A stretch of DNA of 64,000 nt, taken from positions 6,386,001 through 6,450,000 of the forward strand of contig JBHGNT010000010.1 in the NCBI GenBank assembly GCA_043228905.1, written 5' to 3'. Positions within the stretch are counted from its first letter, which is position 1. The number at the start of each line of letters is the position of its first letter. The DNA is from Azolla caroliniana. Taxonomy: Eukaryota; Plantae; Polypodiophyta. Shown here piece after piece: positions 1 to 12,556 of this stretch. The position numbers were made by a program, and so were the translations under genes. A model generated the notes under the pieces. That model saw nothing but the letters and a program-made list of their open reading frames with translations. It was not told the DNA's origin and did no database searches.

Positions 1-1420
1 TCTTCAATAGTATTAAAAATGTTTGAAGACTACACGTTGAAGTACAACATAGAATAAAAGACATTGTATGTAGACCAAAACCTGTACATACAAAAACAAC
101 TTATAAAGGGGTGTTGAACCTTGATACAATACATTACCATGATGTATTGATATTCAATAAAGGGCCCATGGAAGTCGATAGTTCCATTGAGGCCCTTGAT
201 CTAACACTACAAAGAGGGGCAACTTCCTCCATAAGTGAAGAAGCTTCGTCCTTTTTTTATGAACATTTTCTAGAGAACCATACATATTATCATACTGTCC
301 ATAAACTACTATCAACAGTGTTTCCCATATCTCAAGCAGTGCATCTGATGGACCAAGATTTGCTGCATCATAAAGTCGACTACATCTACATTTCCATAAT
401 ACCCATAACGTTACCGTAGTCACAGTTTTCCAAACCTGGACAGATCGCACTGCTTTTGAGGTTGCTAAAACGGACTAACTAATATCAATCTTGTATTGTG
501 TATCGTCATGGCCTCGTGAATATCGTTTGCCTCATACAACATCAAGTTGGAATGTAAAACTCCCCACATTGTTGCTCCCCATGAGAACAAGCAACCAACA
601 TTGATCATTAGGAATAAAGAAAGAACTTTATTCTATACTTGTAGAGACAAGGGACAAGACCAGAGGGCATGCTTAGTAGTCTCCTAAGTTGCATAGCAAA
701 AGCCACATTGCCTAAGATTGGGTGCTACATTCCCTTTCAATAACTAGCCAATTGGTAATGCTGCATGCACTAATAGCCATCTGAAAAGAATAAATTTAGT
801 GGGCCCCTTGAAAGACCAAATCCATCTCTAGTAGGTTTTCAACTGCAAAGTTGAAACACCCCAATTAGTCCAATGTTTTTGAGTTGCTGGCACCGTTACA
901 TTCATAGACATCAATAATAACCTTCCAAGCTTCACTGAATACTGAAAGAAGAGAACCTTTATGATTTGTTCCCCCAAGGAGTATGACTAGAACCAACCCC
1001 CCCGGACCCATAGTAATCTTGCAATAGGTTCTTTTGCATACAACCACATCATATCACACATATGAGTGATGGAAGGATAAGGATCAAGCAACCACTTCTT
1101 TCCCATTTTAGCAACCACTTCTGACTGGTGCATTCCGCACGTGTTGTAGATAGTTGCAATCAGATGCATGAGGTTGCAATCTACTGTTGTCCAGAACCTC
1201 AAAATAAGAAATGCACCCATTAGGTGAGATACCCTTGACAACCAACAATGTGTCATTTATGAAGCATCCAAACCCAAAATGTTCCTACATGGGTTGGAAG
1301 GTTGCCGCCAATGAGGAATATGTCGCTAAAATGGTAGCAGTCATTATCTTGGCACCATAAATAGTTTGTAAATACGCAAGACGATCTACTTGTGGCATCT
1401 GCTAGAATTGAATCCAAGTG
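1..1420 (-). mobile_element. Degenerate L1-clade LINE, 3' part of ORF2 (zf-RVT) and 3' UTR; the 3' end lies outside the window
   Basis: Minus strand ~630-805 translates to GPTKFILFRWLLVHAALPIG*...RQCGFCYAT*ETTKHALWSCPLSLQV*, the zf-RVT CxxC..ET..H..W.C motif. The upstream frame (TWIQF*QMPQVDRLAYLQTIYGAKIM...) runs to ~1420. Confidence 0.8.
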
Positions 1421-1660
1421 CTTAAAATGGTTGTTCTTGAATGATGTGAAATCACCAAGGCAGGATCTAACATCTAATCGATTTTTGTTAGAAATCATAA
1501 GGGCATGGGATGGGATGAAGTCATTTCTGATTAAGGAAAAGCCTTCTACTTGGGATGCATTGCTAAATCGGCCTCTTCTCGCAAATTCTCTATTTCAGGA
1601 TAATACAGGAAAAGTGTTGGGCCTTAGAACTCACCTTGCCTGGGGTAAATCAGATAATTG
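1421..1660 (+). mobile_element. Inverted 5' segment of the same LINE ORF2
   Basis: Plus frame LKWLFLNDV...FLLEIIRAWDGMK...LLNRPLLANSLF...LGLRTHLAWGKSDN resembles L1 post-RT sequence. It is joined head-to-head with the minus-strand piece. Confidence 0.6.
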
Positions 1661-4600
1661 TAGAGATCAAGTTAACCAACATTTGTAAGGCAAATTAGCA
1701 ATAAGATTTAGAGAGATTGTTGATCTCCACAATTTCTCGAAAAGTCAGGACACCTCAAAGGTCATTAAAATTCTTTTAGTAGTGAGTTTTGTTTTAGGGG
1801 AAAGATAGAGATAGAGAGCATTGAGTTTGTCATCAAGATTTATGTCAAATTGTCATCTCTCACACACATACAATTGTTAGGAAAATCTAGTAAAATAACA
1901 TGAGAACTAGATCATTTATGGGGATAAATAAAACTTCGCCATGTTTTAATTTGTTCCTTTAAGCTCTTTCTTTCCTTGATAAGGTGTTTCGTACAAGCAA
2001 AGATTGTTTTTAAATATATGGATTCATTCATTCATATCCATTACTCATGCACATGCACAATCTCATAAAGACGAACACATGTTATCCTCTTGAAGAAATC
2101 ATGTATATCAATTCAAATTGTTTTTATTTTACCAATGTATGTAGCTCCTTTGTGTATTGAAACACCAAAAACTTACATAAAACAATGGTATGTAATTCTA
2201 TGGTTGAACTTAGAAGCAAGCTTACAATTTTATATACTATGCATTCTATGTTATGACACTAATCCCGAAGAGGAACTTAGAAATCATCAACTTCGAAAAT
2301 ATTCTCAAATTCATTGTCGTGCAATTTCCTTCAAATGGAATTATGTAACTCCGATTCACTTAAACTTTCTGAGCATGTGTATAATATCAAATAAATTGCT
2401 TAATGGATTGTAACCGGATGTTCTCTAGAACCTAGAGATCCTCAATATTTTCTTAACATAAGTATCTTTACTGAATTCCAATGGCATTTCTTGAGCAAAG
2501 AATCTTGTTTCCGCATGGGCTCCAAGTTTCTAAGTAAGGTCTCAAAGATTGAGTAATTCAATGAAACCAAAGCCTTTTTGTTCATGACATCACAAATGCA
2601 AACCGTTGAAGACGAATCTAATGCATATCTTACACATCGAGAGTTGAATTATCATTTATTATACAAAACAAAATTTGATTTTATAAGTGGTGGATTAAAT
2701 GTAAGTACATAAAGAATGCATGGATAAATGACATATACGTGATACTTATGTAGAATTTACTATTGTATGCATCTTTGTGAGGATTTCACCGTGAGAAGGT
2801 TCATCCTACCCTTGGCATTCATTTGAAAGGCTCAAATAGATGGACAACGTTACATAACCATTCACGGATAATTCTCTCTCTGTCTGTGTGTCTCTTCCCA
2901 AGAATATTCAAATCCTAGGTTTTAGTAGCTTGAAGGAGACTCAACATATATGCGTTCTCAATGATATAGCAAAGTAAACAAGTTTATATCCCACCTCACA
3001 CCCATAGAAATTGCAACAAGGATAAAGTTAGATTAAGAGGACTAAGGGTCACACATCAACCCATAGATAATTATAGTATGTCTTCAACACCATACTATTT
3101 GTTGGTAATTTTGTTTGATAACATTTTCAATATCAAATAAGTGGTTTTAACCTCATAGTTTGTTTAATCAAGGACTTGGTGGATCTTGATATTAGATATA
3201 TAGCTGATACAAAACTTTGATTCATGATTCGATGCATTGTGTTATAATGGTTGATATCAATCAAATCATTGTATGCAATAAATTGACAAAGTCTTGGTGT
3301 CATGTGAAAAAGATATAATTATGATTACAAAGCGTTCATCGGAACTCACAAACTAAGTGAATAGATGTCTATGGAAAAAGTGTTTTTGAAAATAGGGCAT
3401 TTTGTAATACGTTGAAAATAAGGAAGATTGATACTCATTTGTCTGCGTAAGTTAGTTGGTAGTAGGTATGTGAAAATTGCACCTCGTCACGCCAAACCAC
3501 ATGGGCTTTGTTTTGTCCTTATCCATTCCAATATCTTATTCAGGAAATTTAAAAGTTGTTTAACGGGTTTTTATGAGCACTCCAGAGACATTGGTGAGGC
3601 TAACTTTGGCACAAATTTGAAGCACAACTTAAAAAGTCATTTATGTGTGGTGATAACCTTCCTCTTTTACAACAACAAAAGTTATGTGCTAGAGTGGTAT
3701 CTTTTGAATCTAGTTTTGAATATTGAAATAGCCTATAATTATTGCAAGGAGGTACGGAGCGTCCCATGGACAATTTTCATAATTAAAGGAGCCAAAATGT
3801 TAGCTTAAACCATAGCCCTTGCTTTGTTCAATATATAGTTGAATAAACTTGAATCTATTGGATATTCATAATTTCCTCAAAGGACAAGGACAAGTCATTG
3901 GGGAATTCCCAGGAAATATGCTTGTGCATTGTGAATGACACATCTCACTCTAAGTAGGTGGGTCAAATTTGGCATCTTATTATAAATGTTTAAACATTAT
4001 GTTTAGGGTACTTGAACTTGGACATTATGATTGAGATTCCCCTTCATATTTGGTTAAATTTTACCTTGAGGCTTTCTCCCAAATGTGATTGATATACAAG
4101 AAAACCAAGGCCACAAAAATAGATCCACTAATTATAAGCTAAATGTTACTCAAGGAAACATAAGTGAGGTATACAACTAAAAGGCAAAGGAACCTTAACA
4201 TGACCAAATAGAAGTACTTGATGTAGTTGCCGAAGTGATTATAGGTGCACATGACCAATCCAAGTCAATGAATAAGACAAAGAAAGTAGCATAAAACCTC
4301 AATCGGAGATGTCCTTGGTAGTGTTGAAACACGTAGAAGATAGGTTACAAACAACCCCATCCCTACATTAGAATTGATCAATTAATGGGTTGTCCTAAAT
4401 CATCAAATGACCAAATCATGTTATTGATTGCTTTCTAAAGGGTAAATGTAGCTAACATTCTTGAATCATTAGGATACTCGTCGAAGGCTTATACCCCACA
4501 AGGATATACATCAATGGGAATTTATATGTAGGTCCCACCCCCACAAGAATACATGTCGTACATCTTTTGCATTTTGATTTTATAAATAACATGTGTTGCA

Positions 4601-6139
4601 TACCTTACAACGTGGGCTTAGGTCTTGCAACATCTCACATCTCCCTTTGTAGGATAACTCTCATAAAAAATGATTTGTTCTACCATTTCAAAAGTTGAAC
4701 TAATATTTCCTTAAGGTTTAATGATCCTTTCTTGTTTTGATGTACCATCCATATTTATGTCATTCTTACTTTGATGTATGAGTTCTTCATTGACATTTCA
4801 CAAGCTTTGATCATGGACAAGCTATCTGTAATCTACTCAATGCCCATATCTTCAAGGATACGTGAGTTTGAACCTCAAAATAGTTCCATAATAAATTGTA
4901 GTTGTAAATAAATATTCTTGTTGCCACATTAAAGAAAATAAAAGATTGATAAGGAGATTCATTATGAGTAGTGTGGGCAAAGAAGAGTGGGCCATGTAGT
5001 CATGAAAATCTATGAATGCTGTGGGTCTAAATTGTAGCTCATTCTTTATGTGTGTGTGATCCAAAGTATTTACTACACTCATAATTGTAGATAAACTTCC
5101 CTCACTCTCCATCTCTCTCTCAAACTATAAAGTTAGTGTTGATATCATGAGGGATCACTGAGAATATCCACATGTCGTTGTTATCAAGGTAAAAAAAGGC
5201 AAACATATTCTTGAAGGAATGTAAAATAAGAGTGAGCCTTAAATATTGAAGAGAGTGTTTTGCCCTCCCAACCAAGAAAAAACAAATATCTTTATGTTCT
5301 ATCATTTTCCCTTGGGTGAAACCAAAAATTTATTACTCTATGCTCAAAAGCATTTCAATTGATCTAAACACTAAAAATTCAATAACATATACATTAAGGT
5401 TTGTGTGAAAAAGATTAGAGCAAAAAAGAAAGACCAAAGCACTAAAATGTTTTACAGTGCTTAAGGAGATGCACAATATGATTTAGAAATCATGATAAAC
5501 TAAGGATATGCACAAAGAAATACTTACATGCAATTTTTACCACATTGTCCATTCAATTGTGTAATTTTAAGCCTCTTTGAAATCTAGTTGTACAATGTTG
5601 TGTCGAAAAAAAGGAATCTCAACAATCCCCATACAGTAAAATAAAATTTGTGAACACAATATTTCCTCAAAAAATGACAATCTAAATAATCCTAGTTTGA
5701 AAGCATTAGACGCAAAATTCGTACACATAGACCTTTGGGATGACTCTTCACATGATCTAGGTACTTAAGAATTGGTGATATTCTTATCATGATCAAATGG
5801 GTGATGTTGTTATTGATTTTGTATATCAGAAATGAGAAGAATTATGTGATTGTCATCTCACCTTGCATTGGAATGTAACAAACAAGTACCTAACAAGTTT
5901 CCTTCTTGTGAGAAATGAAATATCTTGTATGGGAAAACAAAGATGGTATGAAATCGAGTCCCCGGCATAAACCATATTGCTAGAAGATTAAAGATAGTTG
6001 CTACAACAAAGATAAGTGTACTACATTTTGTAGGAAGGTACAAAATTCTAAGATGTACAACTAAATATGAGGAAGAATTGGCATGAGAATTACATGGGGT
6101 GCAAATTGTAAGAGCATCTTTAGCTATACACATTAGCAT

Positions 6140-6411
6140 CATAGTACGTAAAATCCGTGTTCGTCTGGCATAACATTCATTTTCCTACGTTGGAAAACGA
6201 TACGAATGTTATTCAAACATTCTTATATTTTTTATTTTATTTTTTTCCCATTTTTTTTAAGTTTTTAAAGTTTTTTTCCATTTTTTAGGCTTATTTACCT
6301 CATAATAAATAGTTAATCCAAAAGTATGGTATTTTTTCCATTTTTCTTACACGAATGATTGAACCATTTGAGAATGCGAATGCATGTATGGTACGTATGG
6401 TTCATAGTATG
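6140..6411. mobile_element. Non-autonomous hAT-type MITE (272 bp)
   Basis: Perfect 8-bp direct repeat ATTAGCAT at 6132-6139 and 6412-6419. Imperfect terminal inverted repeats CATAGTACGTAA / TTCATAGTATG. AT-rich non-coding interior. Confidence 0.7.
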
Positions 6412-7080
6412 ATTAGCATTGTTGAAAAGTTAAGTTTCCCCTTTCATTTAAAAGATAATGCGTTCTTTGGCAAAATGAGTAGTGGCAATCATTAACTAAG
6501 ATAAATCTCCTCGTATGATGAGAAATGATATAGCTTATATGGAAAATCTAAGATGATATCTAATCAAACAATGCAATACACAAACCCTTGAAGATCAAAG
6601 ACGGGTGCAATGTTAAAGCATAATAAATAAACAATGATAATATTTCTACACACATGCTATGTGATGAAGAGAGCTAGAGAAAAGATAGAGACGAGAAGAG
6701 GAAGATAAAAAAATATACTCGAGTCTATATGAGGCGTTTTTGATACCATTGTTTCTCCTCTGTAATCACCAATTTATCATACAAGAAATTTTAGGAAACC
6801 TCTTGTTGCTAGCTTTTTGAGCTAACCAAATATGTTGGGCCTAAAATAAAAAGAAGAGGAAAAAAACTCATTCGTTGTATAGTAGGCTATAGAAAAAGGA
6901 GGATAAATACTAATATATCAATTTATTGTGTGAGAAAAAACCCTTGTTAAGCAACTGTAGGAAACAAATCTCACTCCTATCCACACACACACATTGACAA
7001 TCACCATCACCATCTTTCTCCTTGTCAACACAAAAAAAGAGGTTACCAAAATTATTATGTCTTTATCAACTCTCGGAACA

Positions 7081-8230
7081 TTAGTAGGGCCATGCGATAT
7101 ACAATTCTTGATATCTAAGTAAGCATGTCAACATATGAATAAACCTTTCAAGTGAGCAAACTTTTTGCACAAATACCTTCAAAGTTTTGAGACTTGTTGG
7201 TGTTGTCACCTTTTGAATTACTTCGATCTTTGATTCACCAACATGAATTCCTTCTCGGCACACCACATTCTCCACATTACCTTGCCTTGTATATTCGATA
7301 TTTCATCTAGAATCTCATCTCGGAAAAGAAGTGAAAATTGATCTTGATTGGTCGAATCATTTAGGGGTTCAAAGTCGATGTCATTCTTCGTTGGAACCAC
7401 CACATTACGTGAGACAAACTTCAAATCCTTCATATGATAAACAAAACTTGCTTGCAACAATGCGTTGAACTCCTTGATATGACCTTCCTTTTGCACAAAG
7501 TAAAAGAATACTATTGCGGAAGCTAAGACAAAACCGGTTGCACCGAATAGCAACAGAGAATAAACATAGGTTTAATGGAAGCTTATAATGTGTAGTACAC
7601 GGGAGAGACAGAGAGAACAGAACAACATAAACTCTATTAAAAAATAATAACACTCTGTACATACAATGTGCTTAGTGAGCACTTTTTTACAAGTCCTTAT
7701 ATGGATTGACAGAAGTACTGGCATGTACTTCAATGCTCATACAAGCAACTGACACTGACTCCTAAAAATATGCCCATGTACTAGGTTAGATTCGTAGGCC
7801 TCTAATGGCCTACTGGTTCCAATCAGATCTGTCTCTCTATTCCGGATACCGATCTGGCTTTGGCTTATTCAACCGATCTAGATCCAGTAAAACTTGTTCG
7901 CTCAACACACAGTCGCCAATTATTGAAGCTTTTGGGTAATTGGTACACTTTCCTACAACTTGATGCGGTGTTTGATGCCTTCTTCTCCTCTTATATGTGA
8001 ATAGTCATTTATCAATAACTTTGGAAACTTAGAAAGAAGAGAAATAAACCTTAGTTCTTCTCCTTGGATATCGTTTGAAATCATCTTCTTTTTTCCCTTT
8101 AAGGTGATAATACCTTTTTCAATGACTTCTCCTTCATCCTTAGACATCACGTAGAACAATTTCTTTTCCCTATCCCACAAAGATCCATCACTTATTATGC
8201 TTTCCTCTTCTTGCTTGCTATTGTTGATAG
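7081..8230 (-). pseudogene. pol: Old Ty3/gypsy pol remnant (pre-RT linker and RT C-terminus), split by a solo LTR
   Basis: FPKLLINDYSHIRGEEGIKHRIKL (7953-8180) and GIHVGESKIEVIQKVTTPTSLKTLKVFV (7081-7275) match gypsy RT flanks. Many stops and frameshifts. Confidence 0.65.
7499..7907 (-). mobile_element. Ty1/copia solo LTR
   Basis: Reverse complement aligns with the copia LTR at 56268-56629 (GAGCATTGAAGTACATGCCAGTACTTCTGTCA...). Ends (A)GTAAAAG...CAACA. Flanks CACAA/CACAG form a 5-bp TSD with one mismatch. Confidence 0.85.
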
Positions 8231-8699
8231 ATGATTCCTTCTCCTTTACGCATTTGATTGCTCCAATTTTGTATTATATGTAATGTTAGAGTTATGGTCT
8301 AACGTAAGAATATGATAAGGATAAAAGATATATGAAATAAGAAAGGAGAGAGAGAAAGAAGGGTGCCGATCCACCCGATCACCCCCGAGTGAAGGGATCG
8401 AGATGGACTCGACCCTCAATTAGTGTCCCATAGCACTGCCGTGACGTCGAGTCGTACCTGCTGCTAGCACGCTCGCTACAATAGTTGACCACCATTCTCT
8501 CAAAAATGTGAGGACGGCCACGAAGATCCTTTCCCCGAAAAGGACAACATTCGATATAGAAATCACGTTATAACTAACATACACACATGTATATTTATCA
8601 CTTATATACGATCAAATACGTATACATGTGACCACATATGCGTATATTAAAAAAAATCGTAACATTAAATAGCCAACATATGATGAAATCGAGATACGT

Positions 8700-8960
8700 A
8701 ATCGAGGCATATAGCCTCTACGCACACGAAACATCCAAAAATAAGGGTTAATCGCAATACGCAATTGAGGTATTGACCTCTTACACATATGATACCAAAC
8801 GCATATCATTTACATAGAAACCAAGGTATTGACCTCATACACATACATAACATATGTATGTGAACGTAATACGCAATTGAGGTATTAACCTCGTACGCAT
8901 ACGACACGAATCACATATCAAATATATGTCAAATGAGGTATTGATCTCATACACATATGA
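8700..8960. repeat. Degenerate ~56-bp tandem array (5 units) with a GAGGTATTGACCTC core
   Basis: Core copies at about 8703, 8767, 8824, 8878 and 8934. Confidence 0.75.
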
Positions 8961-9197
8961 ATACGTTTTATACAACCAATCCATTACCACTACAACATCA
9001 TTGAATCAATAAAGAAACACATATTAACTATACATGATTAGATTGGGAGAAGAAAGAATAGAAAAAAAATAAAATTGGAAAGAGTTACCGAAGTTCCTTT
9101 GTTGATCATTATCTGGATCAAGGTTGACCGCACGTTGATCGATCATCATCCATCAAGAAGACAACAAAAACCAACAAAAGAAACATTAGAAACATGA

Positions 9198-9209
9198 GCT
9201 CTGATACCA
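9198..9209 (-). promoter_or_regulatory. Primer-binding site, initiator tRNA-Met
   Basis: GCTCTGATACCA is the reverse complement of TGGTATCAGAGC and lies 2 nt from the LTR end. Confidence 0.9.
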
Positions 9210-10126
9210 ACTGTTAGAGTTATGGTCTAACGTAAGCATATGATAAGGATAAAAGATATATGAAATAAGAAATGAGAGAGAGAAAGAAGGGTGCTAATCC
9301 ACCCGACCACCTGAGCCAACAAAATGGTGTACCCGAATGCAAGAATCGGCATGTCCGCGAAGTAGCAAGGGCCATGCTAAACGAGAAGCACATGCCAAAG
9401 TCATATTGGGCCGAAGCAGCAAATACTACAGACAACCTTATGAACCGGTGCACAACATCTAGAGTGCACGATGTTACCCCGCACGAAAAGTACTATGGAA
9501 AGAAGCAAGATCTGTCCCATGTTATGATATTCGGCTCACTTGCATATGTGCACATCCTCGATGAAAAGCGGCAAAAGCTAGATCCCAAGTCGGAGAAGTG
9601 TATCCTTGTAGGGCACTCATTGGAGCAAAAGGGGTACAAGTGCTTCAACCCCCCTACTCGGAAGGTTCATGTAAGTTGGGATGTCGTCTTTGACGAATTG
9701 GCATCATGGCACGAACCGACGCCGACTCCTCCCGAATAATTTCTAGTCGACCCGAACTTGGCCAACCAAGAGATAGAAGACGAAGATAAACTAAGGCATA
9801 TGTTCGAAGAAAGTCCGATCACGACCAGGCTCAATGGGCCACAACAACCCCTGAGTGACCAGAGCACATCTTGGCCAAGTCCAAAGATGGACAAAGGCAA
9901 GGCCAAAATGCAAGAATATTAAGACGATCAATTCGACAACAATGAATCGACTCACTCAATCGATAGTGAGTTCGGTGGCTTTGATGTGGCTCTTATGAGG
10001 TCACCTGGAGTTAAGAAAGCACTCACGTCGGCAAATGAGAAACTCTGTTGCTCCACCTGAGAAAAGAATCTCATTAGCTGATTCAGCTACAACGACTATA
10101 TGACATACCTCTCTGCCTTTATGATG

Positions 10127-10404
10127 AAGGTGGCAACAGTTCGAGGATCCACAATGGGTCGAAGCAATGAACGAGGAGATGCAGGCACTATGAAAGAACC
10201 AGACATGGGATCTCGTTCCCCACTCACCATACAAAAAGGCGTTCGACAACAGATGGATTTACAAGGTGGCAACAGTTCGAGGATCCACAATGGGTCGAAG
10301 CAATGAACGAGGAGATGTGGGCACTATGCAAAAACCAGACATGGGATCTCATTCCCCACTCACCATACAAAAAGGCGTTCGACAATAGATGGATTTACAA
10401 GGTG
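10127..10404 (+). repeat. 136-bp tandem duplication at the start of copia RT
   Basis: Units 10127-10262 and 10263-10398, bounded by AAGGTG at 10127, 10263 and 10399. Confidence 0.9.
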
Positions 10405-11874
10405 AAGTATAATGACGATGGCTCTGTCAATCGCTACAAAGCCTGACTCGTAGCAAAAGGATACGTGCAAACACACAGAGTCGATTATGAAGAGACCTTT
10501 GCCCTGGTACCAAATATGACTACAATTTGAATCGTGACCGTGCTTGCAGCAGTAAAAGGGTGGCACCTCCACCAAATGGATGTGAAGAACGCCTTCCTCC
10601 ACGGTGAGTTAGAAGAGGTGTACATGATACAACTACCCGGATTTGGGTTGACCACACATCCAACTACTGTCTGTTGACTTAAGAAGCCTCTCTATGGTCT
10701 CAAGCAAGCACCGAGAGCATGACATTCGAAGATAACACAATCTCTTCACCAAATCGGCTTTCGAATGACCCTAGAGGATAGTTATTTATCATTATTTATG
10801 TGAACAACCTGGTCATTGGAGGAGAGCACCTCGGCGATATCGAACATACCAAAAGGCTACTCTCTAGCCGATTTGAAATGACCGATATGAAGGAGCTCCA
10901 TTACTTTCTAGGAATAGAAATAATTAGTACCCTTGATGGAATCATGATCTCCCAACGACATTATATCCTCGATTTGCTCTTCAAGTTTGGCATGACAAAG
11001 TGCAAGCCTGTCACTACCCCTCTCGATCGCAACCTAAAGCTAGATGCCGACTCTAGCACAAGAGAGTGTGAGACGACGCTCTACCGTAAGCTAATTGGAA
11101 GCCTCATCTACCTCACAATTACCTGACCCGACCTGAGATACCCAGTCGGCCTCCTTAGCCAGTTCATGCAAATTCTACGAAACATCCATCTCGATTGTGC
11201 TAAGCAAGTGCTAAGGTATGTGAGTGGATTTCAACATCCTCTACAAATCAGCCACACCAATACGACTCGAAGGGTACATAGATGCCGACTTGGCCGGCTA
11301 CAAAGTCGACAGACGATCAACCTTAGGATTTGTCTTCTCCCTCGATAGTGGAGCCATCTCCCAAAGCAACAAAAAGCAGCCGACATTCGCACTATCGAGC
11401 ATAGAGGCTGAATACAGGGGCGCGACAGTTACTGCCTGTGAAGATGTTTGGCTGAAACAAATATTGAAGGATCTGGGCATATTAGACCCGATTCTCCTTT
11501 ACTGTGACAATATGAGCAGTATTCACCTAGATCGGAAGTTATTGGGAACCCAATTTTCCACGCTCGGACCAAGCACATTGAAGTGCCTATCACTTCATCC
11601 GAGAACATGTTCTAGCCACGGATGTTGACCTGCAACACATCAACACGAACCTGCAGACGACCGACATCCTCACCAGGCCCTGGGAGTTGACAAGCTGCGG
11701 TAGTTCACGACGAGCCTAGGTCTTTCGACCATCGACCAACCGAGCTTGAGGGGGAGTAAGGAGCAGTAGGAGTGAATCGGCCATCCGAAGCTGAAGCCAA
11801 TGTCGACTCAAAGCCAACCCGAAGACCAGTCCGAACCAACCATCCGATAACCGGAAGTTGTGTTTGAAGGGGCG

Positions 11875-12182
11875 TGTTGAGAATCAAACTCAACTTCCCG
11901 TGTGTGGGAACACACTCTAGGAATACTCAAGTGTGTGACCACCCCACCTCCTTGTATAACAACTAGTGTGTCATAGAAGTTAATATCCTATGACACAAAT
12001 TCTTTAAGTAGTTAAGACTCGACCTCTTTCCCAAGAGGCAACTCTAGTGAGAGAATCTAGAGAGAAGGTGACTACATAAGCACCTTCTCCTTCTCCTTGT
12101 AATTGTTGGCTCATTCTTGCTCCTTGTTAATACAATCTTACCGCTTTTCTATAACTCTTGAGTTCTCTCTCTCTCTCTCTCT

Positions 12183-12217
<35 letters not shown>

Positions 12218-12240
12218 TCTTCTGTTGCATAGAATCATCA
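11875..12240 (+). repeat. 3' LTR of the copia element (right end approximate), containing (CT)n(CA)n at 12164-12213
   Basis: Starts TGTTGAG directly after the PPT. TATA-like box near 12073. Probable end ...CATCA. Confidence 0.65.
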
Positions 12241-12451
12241 CCGATTCTTTACACAAAAATTTGAGATGAATGATGGACCACTAATGTTGATATCATTTTG
12301 AAGTCCACAATGCCTAAATGCGTTTCCCATAACTAGATCAATGTCTCTTGATTTTTGATACAAACTTTGTGCATGGAAGGAAATGTTGCATCTTAATGAA
12401 CTAATCGAGTAGAGTAAGAATGACACTAAAACTCTTCGAACATAGTTCACT

Positions 12452-12556
12452 TGTTAGAGTTATGTTCTAATGTAAGCATATGGTAAGGATAAAAGATAGA
12501 TAAATAAGAAAGGAGAGAGAAAAAGAAGGGTGTCGATCCACCCGACCACCCCCGAT
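12452..12556 (-). repeat. Third partial copy of the 8284/9212 LTR end
   Basis: TGTTAGAGTTATGTTCTAATGTAAGCATATGGTAAGGATAAAAG...CACCCGACCACCCCCGA. Confidence 0.85.

Larger units (their letters stand above)
8284..9311 (-). mobile_element. Small non-coding LTR element (TRIM-like), 5' LTR truncated
   Basis: A ~100-bp direct repeat starting TGTTAGAGTTATGGTCTAACG occurs at 8284 and 9212, 928 bp apart. A Met-i PBS adjoins the second copy. There is no coding remnant between them. Confidence 0.65.
9312..12240 (+). mobile_element. pol: 5'-truncated Ty1/copia element (INT C-terminus, RT, RNase H, 3' LTR), pseudogenised
   Basis: QQNGVPECKNRH...YWAEA...KLDPKSEKCILVG (INT); [12 protein letters not shown] and YVNNLVIG (RT); EGYIDAD...RRST...SSIEAEY...CDN (RH). 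PPT GAAGGGG precedes TGTTGAG at 11875. Confidence 0.92.

Noticed and set aside
1750-6100. Short ORFs (2090-2413, 3428-3808, 4852-5305) as host exons
   Set aside because: AT-rich, no recognisable motif and no coherent splice pattern. Probably old decayed repeats; left unassigned.
8700-8960. Palindromic repeats with a regular period, superficially CRISPR-like
   Set aside because: The spacers are related to each other, the repeats are degenerate, there are no cas genes, and the context is a eukaryotic LTR element.
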